The position numbers and the translations under genes are program-made. The notes below the pieces were generated by a model. It was not told the origin of the DNA. It did not search any database and saw nothing but the letters and a program-made list of their open reading frames with translations. A DNA stretch of 63,930 bases, filler included, from Phoronis australis (lineage: Eukaryota; Animalia; Phoronida), in the NCBI GenBank assembly GCA_002633005.1. It is 7 parts of 7 records of this genome, joined end to end, with 100 filler letters (N's around TTAATTAATTAA, not from the genome) between each part and the next. Parts side by side here need not be neighbours in the genome. Positions count along the whole stretch, not along the records: positions 1 to 2,752 come from NMRA01003446.1; positions 2,853 to 18,308 come from NMRA01000648.1; 5 more parts are not named here. One strand, given 5' to 3'. Within the stretch, counting starts at the first letter, position 1. Each line of letters opens with the position of its first letter. Of the stretch, positions 1-11,500 are shown piece by piece.

Positions 1-10
1 ATTATTTCAG

Positions 11-1264
11 ATTACTCTGGATGGTTCTGGTGCGGTGTCTTTAATGTCGCACACCTGCACCTGCACTGCTGGCAAAGGACTGTGCTCCCACACAATAGCC
101 CTGCTATATCAACTATCTCACTATCAGAGTTTGCGTTTAAAGAAGGTCCCTGAGTTAGTGAGCTCAACATCACAGCCACAAAAGTGGCATGTTCCCCCGA
201 GGACCCATGGGATTGCTCCGAAGCCCACAACAAGTGTGTGTGTAGTGAAACCGAAGCTCCCCTCACAGCAGTCAAGAAAGCCCCACACCGATGGCATCAC
301 ATCACAGGTGTACAACCCTGTCACTGTACCTTTGTACACTATCAATCTAAAGGGAAAGCTGCTGCCAACTCTGAAATCGCACAATCCACCTGTTCAGTGG
401 CTTCAGATATGGTCAGATGATGAAGAAGACGAACAGTTAGCCGAGTCATCATTCGGAGTGGTACCAAAGGGGTCTGTACTTTCGTATCAAGAGAAACATG
501 TGCCGTCTCCTGTATTTGTTGGACCTCCAACCCCACCTGCATTTCACCTACCCGACATCACTGGCAATCAATTTGCAGTGAATCATAAGGCCGCAGTTAT
601 ACTCAAGTCTCTCGCTGTTACCATAGAGGAAAGCCAACAATATGAAAAGGACACTCGGTCACAGGCTATTTGTCCAGAGTGGCACAAACTTCGAGAGTGC
701 CGCATTACAGCATCCAAGTTTAAAAGTGTGTGTTCGCGCAGAGCAAATTATGACCAGTTAGCAAAAGACATGATATCTAAGAAACGTATCGTCACAGCAG
801 CCATGGCATTTGGCATTGACAACGAAGGTGTTGCTGTAGAGAGGTATACCAGAGAGTTCGCGGTGGATGTTCACCCAGTAGGGTTCATCATAAATCCCAC
901 AGCTCCCCATTTGGGTTGCAGCCCCGACAGGCGTGTCTTTGATCCCGACGAGACACCTTCCTGGGGTCTGCTTGAAGTGAAATGCAGTACGAAAAATACT
1001 TTGGCTGAATTGGCGTATCTGCGCCAAAATGATGATGGTTACAGTTTAAAAAAAACCCATATGTATTATGATCAAGTGATGGGCCAGCTGGGCATATCAG
1101 GAGCAGCTTGGTGTGACTTTTATGTTATGTGCCTCGATGAGTTCCATTGCGAACGGATCTATTTTGACAATGACTTTTTCAGTGGAATGAAACTTAAGCT
1201 AGACAGTTTTTTTTACAATCACTTCCTGAAGGAGCTGTTGGTGGCTAAAGTTTGCCAGAGTTGA
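11..1264 (+). CDS. SWIM zinc finger + YqaJ/lambda-exonuclease-like PD-(D/E)xK nuclease (accessory ORF of an ISL2EU-type transposon); 5' partial, probably spliced (acceptor tttcag ending at 10)
   Basis: CTCTAGKGLCSHTIALLY (SWIM CxC..CxH); TRSQ..W..LR..RITAS.F; LGCSPD; LLEVKC; YYDQVMGQLGISG..WCDF; ORF intact to TGA 1262-1264, AATAAA near 1299. Confidence 0.88.
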   Translation: MTLDGSGAVSLMSHTCTCTAGKGLCSHTIALLYQLSHYQSLRLKKVPELVSSTSQPQKWHVPPRTHGIAPKPTTSVCVVKPKLPSQQSRKPHTDGITSQVYNPVTVPLYTINLKGKLLPTLKSHNPPVQWLQIWSDDEEDEQLAESSFGVVPKGSVLSYQEKHVPSPVFVGPPTPPAFHLPDITGNQFAVNHKAAVILKSLAVTIEESQQYEKDTRSQAICPEWHKLRECRITASKFKSVCSRRANYDQLAKDMISKKRIVTAAMAFGIDNEGVAVERYTREFAVDVHPVGFIINPTAPHLGCSPDRRVFDPDETPSWGLLEVKCSTKNTLAELAYLRQNDDGYSLKKTHMYYDQVMGQLGISGAAWCDFYVMCLDEFHCERIYFDNDFFSGMKLKLDSFFYNHFLKELLVAKVCQS

Positions 1265-1913
1265 AGTACTGTTAATTACACTGTACTGTAGAAAAAGCAA
1301 TAAAATAGCATTTGTTGTCATTAAACCTTCTATTGTTTAATACACTGTCCATGTAGATTCTGTTCAAACAATTTTGTAACAAAGTCTATTTACATGTATA
1401 CCGTAAAGCTTCTAATAAACAACGGGGCATTTATTTTTTCAGATATGCCCCAGACACGGGGTCTGCTAGAGGGAGGTACTTATTAGAGTCCCAGCGTTAA
1501 TTTATAACAGTCTTATTGCCGGCCAAAACAGTAGGCCTATGTATCATACGACAGCAAACAAAAAGTTCGTCCCTATTACTCATGTGATCTAAAATCGTGG
1601 TATAACATGACCTTTTAAACATGGCTTCACAATACCAATGAAATTTTATACGCAAATCTGTTACACATTTTGTTATTAGAGACCCAGCATTTATTTTTTC
1701 AGTGCGTCTACAATGCTGGCTTTAGACCCGGCATTTGTTTGAAGCTTTACGTTAAGACACAACATGTGCTAAACATCAGTAATGGCACAATCATCCAAAA
1801 TGCACTGTATTTACATACTTACAAAAACATAGCTAACCGACAAAATCTGTTCAAAGACAGAGCCAAATGTTATACACATGTCCGTACTAGTGTAACCTAC
1901 TCACTGTACTGCT

Positions 1914-2752
1914 TCAGCAANGGTTAATTGCCCGTTCAACATGCACACGGAGTCTGGCAATTTCCTGGGTTTCAGTGACTTCGTGTTTCTCGAACTGTGG
2001 TCGACTTGCAGTGAGAAAGGGGGGGATGACCACCTTTGCCCCCCTCTCGGCTAGTAAATCATTAATAACAAACCCTTTGTCTACCATGACCTCGTCCCCT
2101 GGCTCAATAAGATCAAGAATGCCAGAGACCTGACAAATGGCCTTATCGGAGATTGAGCCAGTGAACAGCTTTGATACAAATGTCACAGCGCCAGACGGGG
2201 CCACACCAACTAAAGCTTTCAGAGTGGTCCTGCCTTTGTAGTGTGAATAGAATTCCGAATTTAAAACCAAGCTTGACGGCTTTTGAATCCACATTTCCGT
2301 ACAGTCCAAAATTACTCGTGTGTTTGGATACTTGTCTAGGAACGCAGCAGGCATGTGTTTTTTAACCTTTTTTCTACTTGGCCAAAGTTTAACAGAGCCT
2401 AAAACACAGTAAAGGTAATTCACCCAAGTAATCACAATTCTACATATAGTAGATTCATGAACTTTATATATGTCAGCTAGTTCTCGCTCTTTAGTACCAA
2501 CTCTTAGGCGACGTAATGTTAACAAGAACTGGTCAACCAATGAAATCTTCGAAAAAGAAAAAGACGAGCGAGTGCTTTTACACTCTCCTGTCAACAGACG
2601 CCGTCTCTGTGAGTATGTCATCATGCTCTCAGCTGTAGGCACAATGCATTGAAAGAAGGACATGAGGAGAGCATATGTGCGGAATCCTGTGTAATATAGC
2701 ACTGTGCTATCATCTTTGGCGATGGTTGAGTACAAATAGGAATTTTCCCGCA
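1914..2752 (-). CDS. PIF/Harbinger (ISL2EU/IS5-like, DDE_Tnp_4) transposase, partial
   Basis: YTGF; HTH segment LTLRRLRVG..ERELADIYKVHESTICRI; catalytic ILDCTE, YSHYKGRTTLK, GSISDK, VMVDKGF, IARLRVHVERAI; 5' end cut by contig edge, an n at 1921. Confidence 0.9.
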
Positions 2753-2852
2753 NNNNNNNNNNNNNNNNNNNNNNNNNNNNNNNNNNNNNNNNNNNNTTAA
2801 TTAATTAANNNNNNNNNNNNNNNNNNNNNNNNNNNNNNNNNNNNNNNNNNNN
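2753..2852. other. Artificial contig spacer (N44-TTAATTAATTAA-N44); also at 18309-18408, 28237-28336, 35853-35952, 57664-57763, 61230-61329
   Basis: Identical 100-nt N-padded linker with stop codons in all six frames, six occurrences. Confidence 0.98.
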
Positions 2853-3015
2853 TTAGACTCAAGTGGAAATACAAACCAGAATCAGTTTCTGTGCGCTCGT
2901 AGACCCTCTGCTGTACTGGGTAAATTTGGCATGTCCAAAAATAATTTCTATTTCGTTTTCATTGCTCACAAGCATAAAAAACCGACATTATTACAAACTG
3001 TAGAATTATAACTTA

Positions 3016-3640
3016 CTACCTGGGTGTTTCTCCAGGAACGTTGATCTTATCTTTCTGTTGTCTAGGCTGCCGACGAATCTGTACATCGGATCCAATGGTT
3101 TGCTCGTCTTGGAACCATTCTACCCAGACGTCTTTCATGTTTGTTCCCAACACTTGCACTTCGTCAACTGCTCTGTCCATGAGCTTGTACGCCTCTACAA
3201 TGTCAGCATCTCGTTTCACAACTAAGTTGGCACTAAGTCCCCTGAGTTTATCAAGTCCATTCAAAAGACTTACAGCATACGCAACTAAATTTAATCCGTT
3301 CATCACGGACTACTTCAAACCTTGACGATGTATCCCAGGACCCATTTGCATCTCTTGCAATTTTAGAAACAAACGTCCCAATGTCTGAACGCTTGAAACC
3401 CGATGTACTAACATCAAATAAATGCCCATAGGCATGGGCGTTTCGTCGGGTGGGCCTTTCTGCGGAAATTCCCAGTATAGAAAATGGCAGTGGTACTTAT
3501 TGCAGGTAGAAATACGGTAGGTGTTGAGGTCGGCACTTCGGGCTCCTTAGGAGGCCTATTGAACATCGCACGAGTCCCGCATGACTTTGTTGTTAAAATA
3601 CAGCCTCTCAGCAAATTTCTGGTACTGTACACTGTTCGCG
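3016..3640 (-). pseudogene. Decayed hAT transposase fragment (PRKRIR/ZMYM-like)
   Basis: LS..L..RDADIVEAY.L...VDEV..L and IRRQPRQQ.K.NVPGETP resemble hAT transposase C-terminal half; frameshifted. Confidence 0.6.
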
Positions 3641-3747
3641 AATGCGGTCACTTTGTTAATGTGAGTGCCTCCTTGGTCCTTCCTTGTATAGACATAACTT
3701 GTTAGAGTGCATCTTAAAACAGACTCGCGACCAGACCACGGCGCACG

Positions 3748-4004
3748 CCACAACAGCAATTCTTCGGAAACCGAATTTTTTTCAAAAGTATTACATATAC
3801 ACTGTATGATATTGCGCAAGACAACTTTACTATACACCAGTTACAAACGTGTGGGGTGTAATAGGATGACACGACCGCCACAACAGCAATTCTTCGGAAA
3901 CCGATTTTTTTTTCAAAAGTATTACATGTACACTGTATGATATTGCGCAAGACAACTTTACTATACACCAGTTACAAACGTGTGGGGTGTAATAGGATGA
4001 CACG
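3748..4004. repeat. Tandem duplication, 2 x ~130 bp
   Basis: caacagcaattcttcggaaaccga...gtgtaataggatgacacg at 3751 and 3881, near identical. Confidence 0.95.
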
Positions 4005-4348
4005 GCATGACAGATGAGGTAAAAACGTTGCACGTCAATTCGTCTGAATATCATGGTTGCGGCACCACAGTATTTCCCCTAAGTAATCAAATCAAAACAT
4101 ATCTTAGAGTAAAGAAACTAGTTACCTAAAGAAATCAGCTATAGAGCTGCTCTTTCAGCGGTGGATCCATCTAAAATGCTTGGCTAGTCTACTTCAGAAG
4201 TGTCGACGGAAGCGCGCGCACAATTGATCTCGGGGTTTTGCCGATGAGCCACGAAGACTCGAAACACTTTGATTTTCATAACAGCGATTCACAATGCAAA
4301 AAATATATTTTCAGAGTGAAACCCCTCCTCATTTTTTCCCACGTTGGT

Positions 4349-5064
4349 TTACTTGGGGTTTAAACACGCTGGCGGTGCCGTTTTTGTTTTGCTGGAGACG
4401 TTTTTTTTTTTAANCACTGGTTGGTTCTGATGGTGGTTACCTGTCTCCACAATATCGCGTTCAGTTTTTAGATAGGCGCTCAGAGTGGCAAGGTCGCATT
4501 CTAAACTTCCATTGTTGTGGCGTGCTATGTTGCGCTGTATCTCTCTTTGCAACTTGTCTAACACAACAGTAACGAGAAAGTCCTTGTTACAAAAAAGATC
4601 GACTGAGTCAAGAGTGCGAAGGACTTTTTCCAGGTGTGCGTAAAAGTGTCCAAAATTCCTTGGGAGTGACGGAGTGGCAGAGATTGGAGCGCCCGGAATA
4701 TGTCGGCTTTGATCTTACTTACTGAACCGTAACGTTCTGTGAGAAGTTCTTTTGCAGTAATATAATTTTCTGGAGTGAGGGTGAGTCCACTTATAAGTTC
4801 TTTGGCAGGTTTACCAATCACCGAATTACTGGAACCTGGGGTCAGTGATTCGAGTCATTAGTGGCGGAGAACATGTCCCACTCAGAATTCGGGGAAGTCC
4901 AATCGGTCGCCAGAAAAGCGAGGTAGTTCCAGCTTGGGTAGACGTACATTTCCAGTTGAGGGTGCGGTGATCACCGGCAGGTTGTGGAGACGGGAGTGCG
5001 GAGTGAACCTCGAGCTGAGCAATTCAGCTGAGATAGCGTGACCGTGACTAACGGCGATCTTCAC
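4349..5064 (-). pseudogene. BEL/Pao LTR retrotransposon gag remnant (DUF1759)
   Basis: VRLPKLELPRFSGDRLDFPEF, GKPAKELISGLTLTPENYITAKELLTERYG; stops and frameshifts. Confidence 0.82.
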
Positions 5065-5554
5065 AAGTCACACGGCTAATCCGTTTCAGCAGCGCCATCT
5101 GATGGCGCTTGGTCAAGCTGCGAGTTTGGTTTGCGTGAACTTGGAATCTTGCTTAATCTCAAGACTAAGCGGAAGTGAGTCCTGCGTGAACTCGGAATTG
5201 AATATTCTTTTTGGCAAAAAGGTGAAAGTTTTGTTCGGTGAAAAGATTTTTTTGTAATTATTGACCTCTCAATCAACCATTTTCTCCTTCACTGTAACTT
5301 GTGTCGCTGAACCGGTAGAATATGTGAAGGGCTAAATCGATTATTGTTTGGTGAAACTGATTGCCCGTAGTTGAAAACGTTGGTTAAAATTGACATTGTT
5401 TTATTCAAATTAACTTCATTCAGTGCAGTGCAAATTTTTATGAACATAAACGTGATTATTTGAGTGAACTTGTAAAATTGTCTCGCGTATTCCTAGTTCA
5501 CACAACACACTTACACTTAATCTTGAGATTAAGCAGGATTCCAAGTTCACGTAC

Positions 5555-5590
5555 AGCATGCGCAGTGACATTCGTGGCAAGATGGCCGAC
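5555..5590 (+). promoter_or_regulatory. Housekeeping-type promoter motifs at the TARS1 start (NRF1-like GCATGCGC, YY1-like AAGATGGC overlapping the ATG)
   Basis: cagcatgcgcagtg...gcaagATGgccgac; motif resemblance only. Confidence 0.4.
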
Positions 5591-8500
5591 GTTGAACAAG
5601 GCGTGAGAAACCTGAGCATGGAAGGAGAGAAAAAGGCATGAAGCATTGGCTATTTTTGAATGAGCAGTTACGGTTTTGTTTTAGCTAAAAAATTCTATGC
5701 TATCAAGGTTTTGCATCCGGGGCTTTGCCAAGAGATTTGTGACTAATTTCAGCAAATCAATGGCAACTTTAACGCCGGTAATTTGTTTCGGGTTTCTAAC
5801 CGTTGTTGACAGTGCATTGCATCATCCTCATATTTGATTTTTTTAATCCCGTCGAAATACTATTTTTGTTTTACTTTAGAAAAGCTCAAAGCAAATTCTT
5901 TTTGAAAGTGCAGTATCAATGCAGCTTTGCAACCACCGATGACGATGTGGGTAGCCTAACATCCTACCCAGTCCCAGGCAGTTGGGCAACACGGTTGGCC
6001 ATAGGGGCTACAATACTTCCATTCGCTTTCTCTACGCATTTTGTTACATTTATTTTTAATGGGAGGTAACCTAAATCCGGTCACCGATTTTGAGTTTTCA
6101 CTTCGTCTAAACAAATCCCACACTTAAAACTATCACTTAAAAAAGCGCTTACTTTCATCATTGTTCGATCCTTTCTACTTCTATACATATCTCCACTTTT
6201 TTGGGTGCTATTAACTTTTTCAGCGCGCACGATAACCACAAAGTATGTCAACTGAGTCACGTGAGTTAGGCAAAGGCTAGCGCGAGACTGAGCGAAGCGC
6301 GTGACACTAGCGCTTGACCTTTGCAAAATAACACTGTTGAGAAGGTATCAGGTGAAATTTGTAAGATTTGTGTCCCTTGGACTTTTTATTCGCCATCATG
6401 CGTGATTTCACGTATCTTCCTCAAAATGGCACCCAATAAGAAAAACTCGAGCAAACCGCAACAGATTTTCATCGATTAGTTCAAATTATCTTGACTGGAT
6501 CATCTCCAGACTTACATGTATGATACGTGTTAATTATAACCCTATGTGCATATATGTATGTTTCATTAGATTTTATTTCCTGTATTTTGAAATTCGTAAC
6601 TTGTGGGGATGTACTGTTGCCCCTGTATGCCTGCGCCATCCACGGCAATGTAATTGCCTGCCTACCCATCATCACCCGACATCACCGTCGCAACTGACCC
6701 CAATAGATACCACCCCATAGGCCCTCCATGCTCTGGAAGCTTTTCGGCGAATTATCCCTCAACCTGCAGATTAAGGTTATTGTTTACAATCCGACTCCAT
6801 TAATGTACATACTTGATATTAATATTTTCTGAATAATGTCAAATCACATTTGGCGACTTGGCAAAAATCCCATGTCACCAAATTAGGTCTGAAGTCACCA
6901 AAACTGAAAATTGCAGTTCGCATTACCTACTGACTATCCTAATAAAAATAAGTCAAAATTGATCTAGAGGCTAAGGGTGTTTTCTGTGATGGAAAGTCCA
7001 AACTCGACAAAATTTTCATTTGATGTGACATCTGGTGGGAGGTCTGAGGTATACACTATTTCTTAACTCAGTGCAAAGGAGAGAATCTAGGTGTCTATTT
7101 TTTGTAGTCTCTAGTTAAACTGTAGACGAAGCTCATTTAGGCACTTCATACACTGGAAGCTTTTCGGTGAATTATGCCTCACACTGATTAAAAAATCAAG
7201 TTCACGTTGTTATAAGTACCTTTAGCGCATAGAGGGACACCACACATGCCAGGTGCTATAATGTCATACCACTTGCCGCGCAGAGTGTTAAAAATGGCGA
7301 GTTACCGATTTTGGGAACTGAATGAGGGACTGCTCAAAGAAAAAGTGTAATAATGGGAGTATTTCGTTGAGTTGGAAGGAATTAAAGTACATCGACGGCC
7401 TCCTAAGGTGTTCCTCTATGCGCAAAAGCTACGTAAGACAACATGACTTTGATTTTTTAATCAGTGTGAGGCGTAATTCGCCGAAAATCTTCCAGTGTAT
7501 GAAGCGCCTATAGGAGCTCCACCGTCTGTAGTTTAACTAGAGACAGTGGTCACTGTCTATATTTTTTAGTGAGTACAGTAAACTAGTGTTATAAGAGGTT
7601 TGCTTTTCAGTTTCAACTGTTGTGCCATTCGGGCATTTTCATTGCCTGAAATGTCCTATCTAGGTGAGCATTATCTGCACATGTGTGAACCGCAGACATA
7701 TGGCGTATCGTTTCCAATATGAATGCCGCGTGACTGGTGGTTTCAACTGCTCCTACAAACGAGATTTCGACTGACCATTCAAGTATTCTTACAAAATGCT
7801 GCAGTCAGTGTGCATAACTTTGGCATTTTTGGTTCGACCATATTTTTCTGAAAATTTCCAATTCTTGAGTTTCACAAATTCTTGTAGTGTTCTTTGCAGC
7901 CTGTTTTGATTCCTTTCGCTAGTGGGTCTGAATTTAGCGGCGTATAGTTTGATTTGTCGGCATCAGGTTTGAATACGTAATTGTGCATAGAGTTTAAAAT
8001 TGGCTGTACTTCGGGATCAAGTTTTCGGTTATACAGAATTGGTTAAACACATGACTCTTCATTGTTGACAGTCTTTATTCTGTTATGTTCATACCTTCGG
8101 AACAAAACTCTTCTCTCAACTGAACATAGATAAAGTAACTGACCTAGCAACATAAGTAAAAGACACATGCTATTTCGAAACATTCTTGTTTCATTTTCAA
8201 GTGAAGATAAAATGATGCAGTAATGCCACCGCAGAGCATAAGCTGATGACACACAGTGAGACACGGCGGGTATGAAATACTGCAAAGAATGACTAATGAA
8301 GGGGGGGGGGTAACATGAACTGAAGTCACGCAAACAAAACAGGCTTCTCAAAAGCAATTAAAAGGGATACTTTCAATCGCAGCGCATCGTGGAGAGATAA
8401 AATTATAGATGAGGCTACAGCGGCAACTCACAAATGACATCTTGCTAAATACTCATACACTGTGTGCACAGTGCCATGCACCAAGGCGTGGACAACTTGG

Positions 8501-11500
8501 TGTACTGAGACTTTTGTTGTAGTGATGTTTAGTATTGTCTGAATTGACTTGTATCTTGTTGTCAAACACCACTAAGAAAATTCGAGGAAATTTTTTAATA
8601 AAACATTTGCGGGGACAGCTGGATAAGTTTTTGTTGTGCATTCACTTTTTAAACTCAGTAACCTTAATTTTTCAGATAAAAGAAACTAATTTTAAAACAA
8701 ATTCTTAGTTAAAGTATCTTGATCTAGTGTTGTGCTAAAATCAGGCAACCATTCTGTTCACATTAGTCAATGAAATGAAAGTCTTATGTATCACCAGTTT
8801 TAGTGAACACACTTTAAAACATGATGTCACAGGTCATGTCATTCTATTGCATAACTTCAAGATGTGGTTTTACTTTACTTTCTCGGAGAAGATGATTACT
8901 AGTACTTTTATTCCTAGAACTGGTGGAATTTACTTACATACATATATGTCTGTCTAATTTGATTGGTTTAGCCATTACATATTGTATCCTTTGTATACTC
9001 TCGTATTGTGGAGTATCCAGTCACACGTGATGCTCGTCTTCATAGTTGTGTACCTCACTGTATCTACTCAGCCAGAGCTGCTTATCGAACCACCTCAATT
9101 GTATTTATAAGCCCACACATCCCCTTTGTCCAAAGTTAAATGTTCACTACTGTAAAAATGTATGTCTCAGACCTCTCAAGTCATATACACGAAATAAGAA
9201 TTTCGGTTGAGGTTGGAATTTCTATTGCCATGGACACTGGCTTGTGGGGAAGTGTTCTTCATTGGTCATCCCGGTAGAGGAGTCCAACACATATGGGATG
9301 ATACTGGTTTGTGACTGCCTTGTTATTGGTTATTTAGGAAGGTGGTGATGGAAAGAAGGGAGGGAAGAAACACAAGGGAGGAGGCAAGGACCAATTGGAA
9401 GTAAGTTTACTAATCAGTAGTAAAATTTAAGTTCTCTTCTCTAAATGACTTTCTGTTTCCTTCATATTAGCTATATCTTTCACCACTAGCTTTTCATTGA
9501 CTAGTGCAGACCAGTTCACCACACATTAACCAATCAGTGGTGTTCACTTGGTGACCTGAAATGACCTACTTAGCTACTTCATTATCATATGGGAAGCTGA
9601 AAGCAGCTCTAAACCTGTCCTCCATCGCAAGAGTCCAGCTTTTTTTGGTTTATACAACTTTCTGTTGTGAAAATTGACTCAAATTCTACCCTGGTGAAGT
9701 TAGAGGTGGTTTCAGATCTTTGAAAGAGCTGGCTGTTCATTATTACTTGAGAACAGGCTCTACATCTTTGCATGTCATTTTATACGCTGGGAAGGTTTCA
9801 AAGATTAACGAACTTTCAATTCTTTGCTAACCCAAAAAATTGCTTCTCATCTGAGTAAGGAACGAGTTCAGACCAATTTTTCTAGTAATATGTGGTCTAA
9901 ATCAAAAGTATGATTTGTGAACAGAACGCACCAGGTTCATATCCGCTTTAACAGAATATTAACTTTGACAAATCACAATTTTGAGCTTGTCAACAGCCCA
10001 AACAGCAATCAGTTTAAAGTAATTGTGACATTTGCTGTTTGCTTCTAACGTACCTTTGTCATCACAATCAATTTCGAAGACTTAATATCAAGTTTTGGCT
10101 GGCTAGCTGATTACTATTGTGATCTAAGGTCTGTTTCTCACTGGCTCCATCAAACGTAATTAAAAACACGTTATTAGTAATATTAAAAAATGACTTTTTG
10201 ACTTATGTGTGATCTTAGTTGGACCCCCCTCCAGAGTTCCTTCAGTCGCGACTAGAGATGTGGGATCGTCTGAAAAAAGAGTACGATGACTGGGTGTCTG
10301 CACAGCCACGTACCCCTATCAAGGTTACACTACCAGATGGTAAGGTGGTGGAGGGAGAGGCCTGGAACACCACTCCCTATGATGTTGCCAAAGGCATCAG
10401 GTACTTAGCATGTAGTGATTGGGAGGGTATTGGGGGAATACTGTCATGGTGGTTGTATTGGTCTGTATTAGTGGGCTGTTTGGATTTGTTTTAAGTGATA
10501 ACAATGATGACGACTATAATGGTGAATCTGATTTTGTATTGTTTTGATGAGGTCGTGAGGATGTTGGATGTTGAGGGCTGTGGTGGTGAGAGATTGATGA
10601 TAATAGTCTTTAATGAATATGGTAGTAGCATTTATATATATGAGGCTCCATCTTGCCATATTGCACTGTTGTCACTGCTATGTTCATGACTTGGCAGTTT
10701 TTCTTAACCAAATCAAGATTCAGTTTGTGTTTATTTTCAGTCAGGGTCTGGCTGACAATACTGTTGTGGCCAAGGTGAATGGAGTAACTTGGGACTTGGA
10801 CCGTCCATTTGAAGGAGACGCCACTTTGGAATTACTTAAGTTTGAGGATGAAGAAGGTAAGTTATGGTGATAATGTGTTGAAAGTGGTGTCATTATAGTG
10901 GATGAAATGAGTATTATTATTGCTGTACCCGCTGGGCCAGCGAGCAAGACTTCATTATTTTTAAGTGAAGGGCATTTCCATTTGATGTCTAGAGAACCAA
11001 TTGACATGTTTCTATGATACTTGAAACAAAGGTACATGACCCCAATTTGCTGACTCCAGTCAGTTTATCACTAGCCAACAAATATTTTCTCCTCTCAGCA
11101 TGAATTTGAATTTCAAGTGCCAATGTCACGCTTCTGTAATGCTTAGTCTGAACATGACCTCTCAATGTTATTTAATGAATAGTGTACATTTGTTAGTTGT
11201 GAAATCGAGTGCCTTGTATGAGCTGTTTCTTGATGCGACATTATGCTCGTCTTGTGTAATCACCCATTTTTTATGTTTTTGGTTAATCGCACATCGTTTG
11301 CGTTAGAATACAGGCTAATCGTTCTCCTTTGGGCACAGATGTGTGCAGAATTAACCTAGACCTTGTTGCATGCATGAAGAAATGATTACTATACTTTCAG
11401 GCCAGTATGTATTCTGGCACTCCAGTGCACATATGATGGGTGAGGCCATGGAGCGACATTATGGCGGTCACCTGTGTTATGGGCCTCCAATAGATGGCGG

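Larger units (their letters stand above)
1..2752. mobile_element. ISL2EU-type Harbinger-superfamily DNA transposon, internal part only (termini outside contig)
   Basis: Convergent DDE_Tnp_4 transposase and SWIM-YqaJ ORF, the known two-gene layout of ISL2EU. Confidence 0.8.

Noticed and set aside
35-1264. YqaJ ORF as phage or bacterial contamination
   Set aside because: SWIM fusion, splice acceptor, poly(A) signal and a Harbinger-type partner indicate a eukaryotic transposon.
2753-2852. TTAATTAATTAA palindrome repeated six times
   Set aside because: Artificial N-padded linker; ORFs ending in ...LIN at these sites are artefacts.
6081-6326. [12 protein letters not shown]-like start on the minus strand
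   Set aside because: Only one CxxC before a stop; not enough to call.
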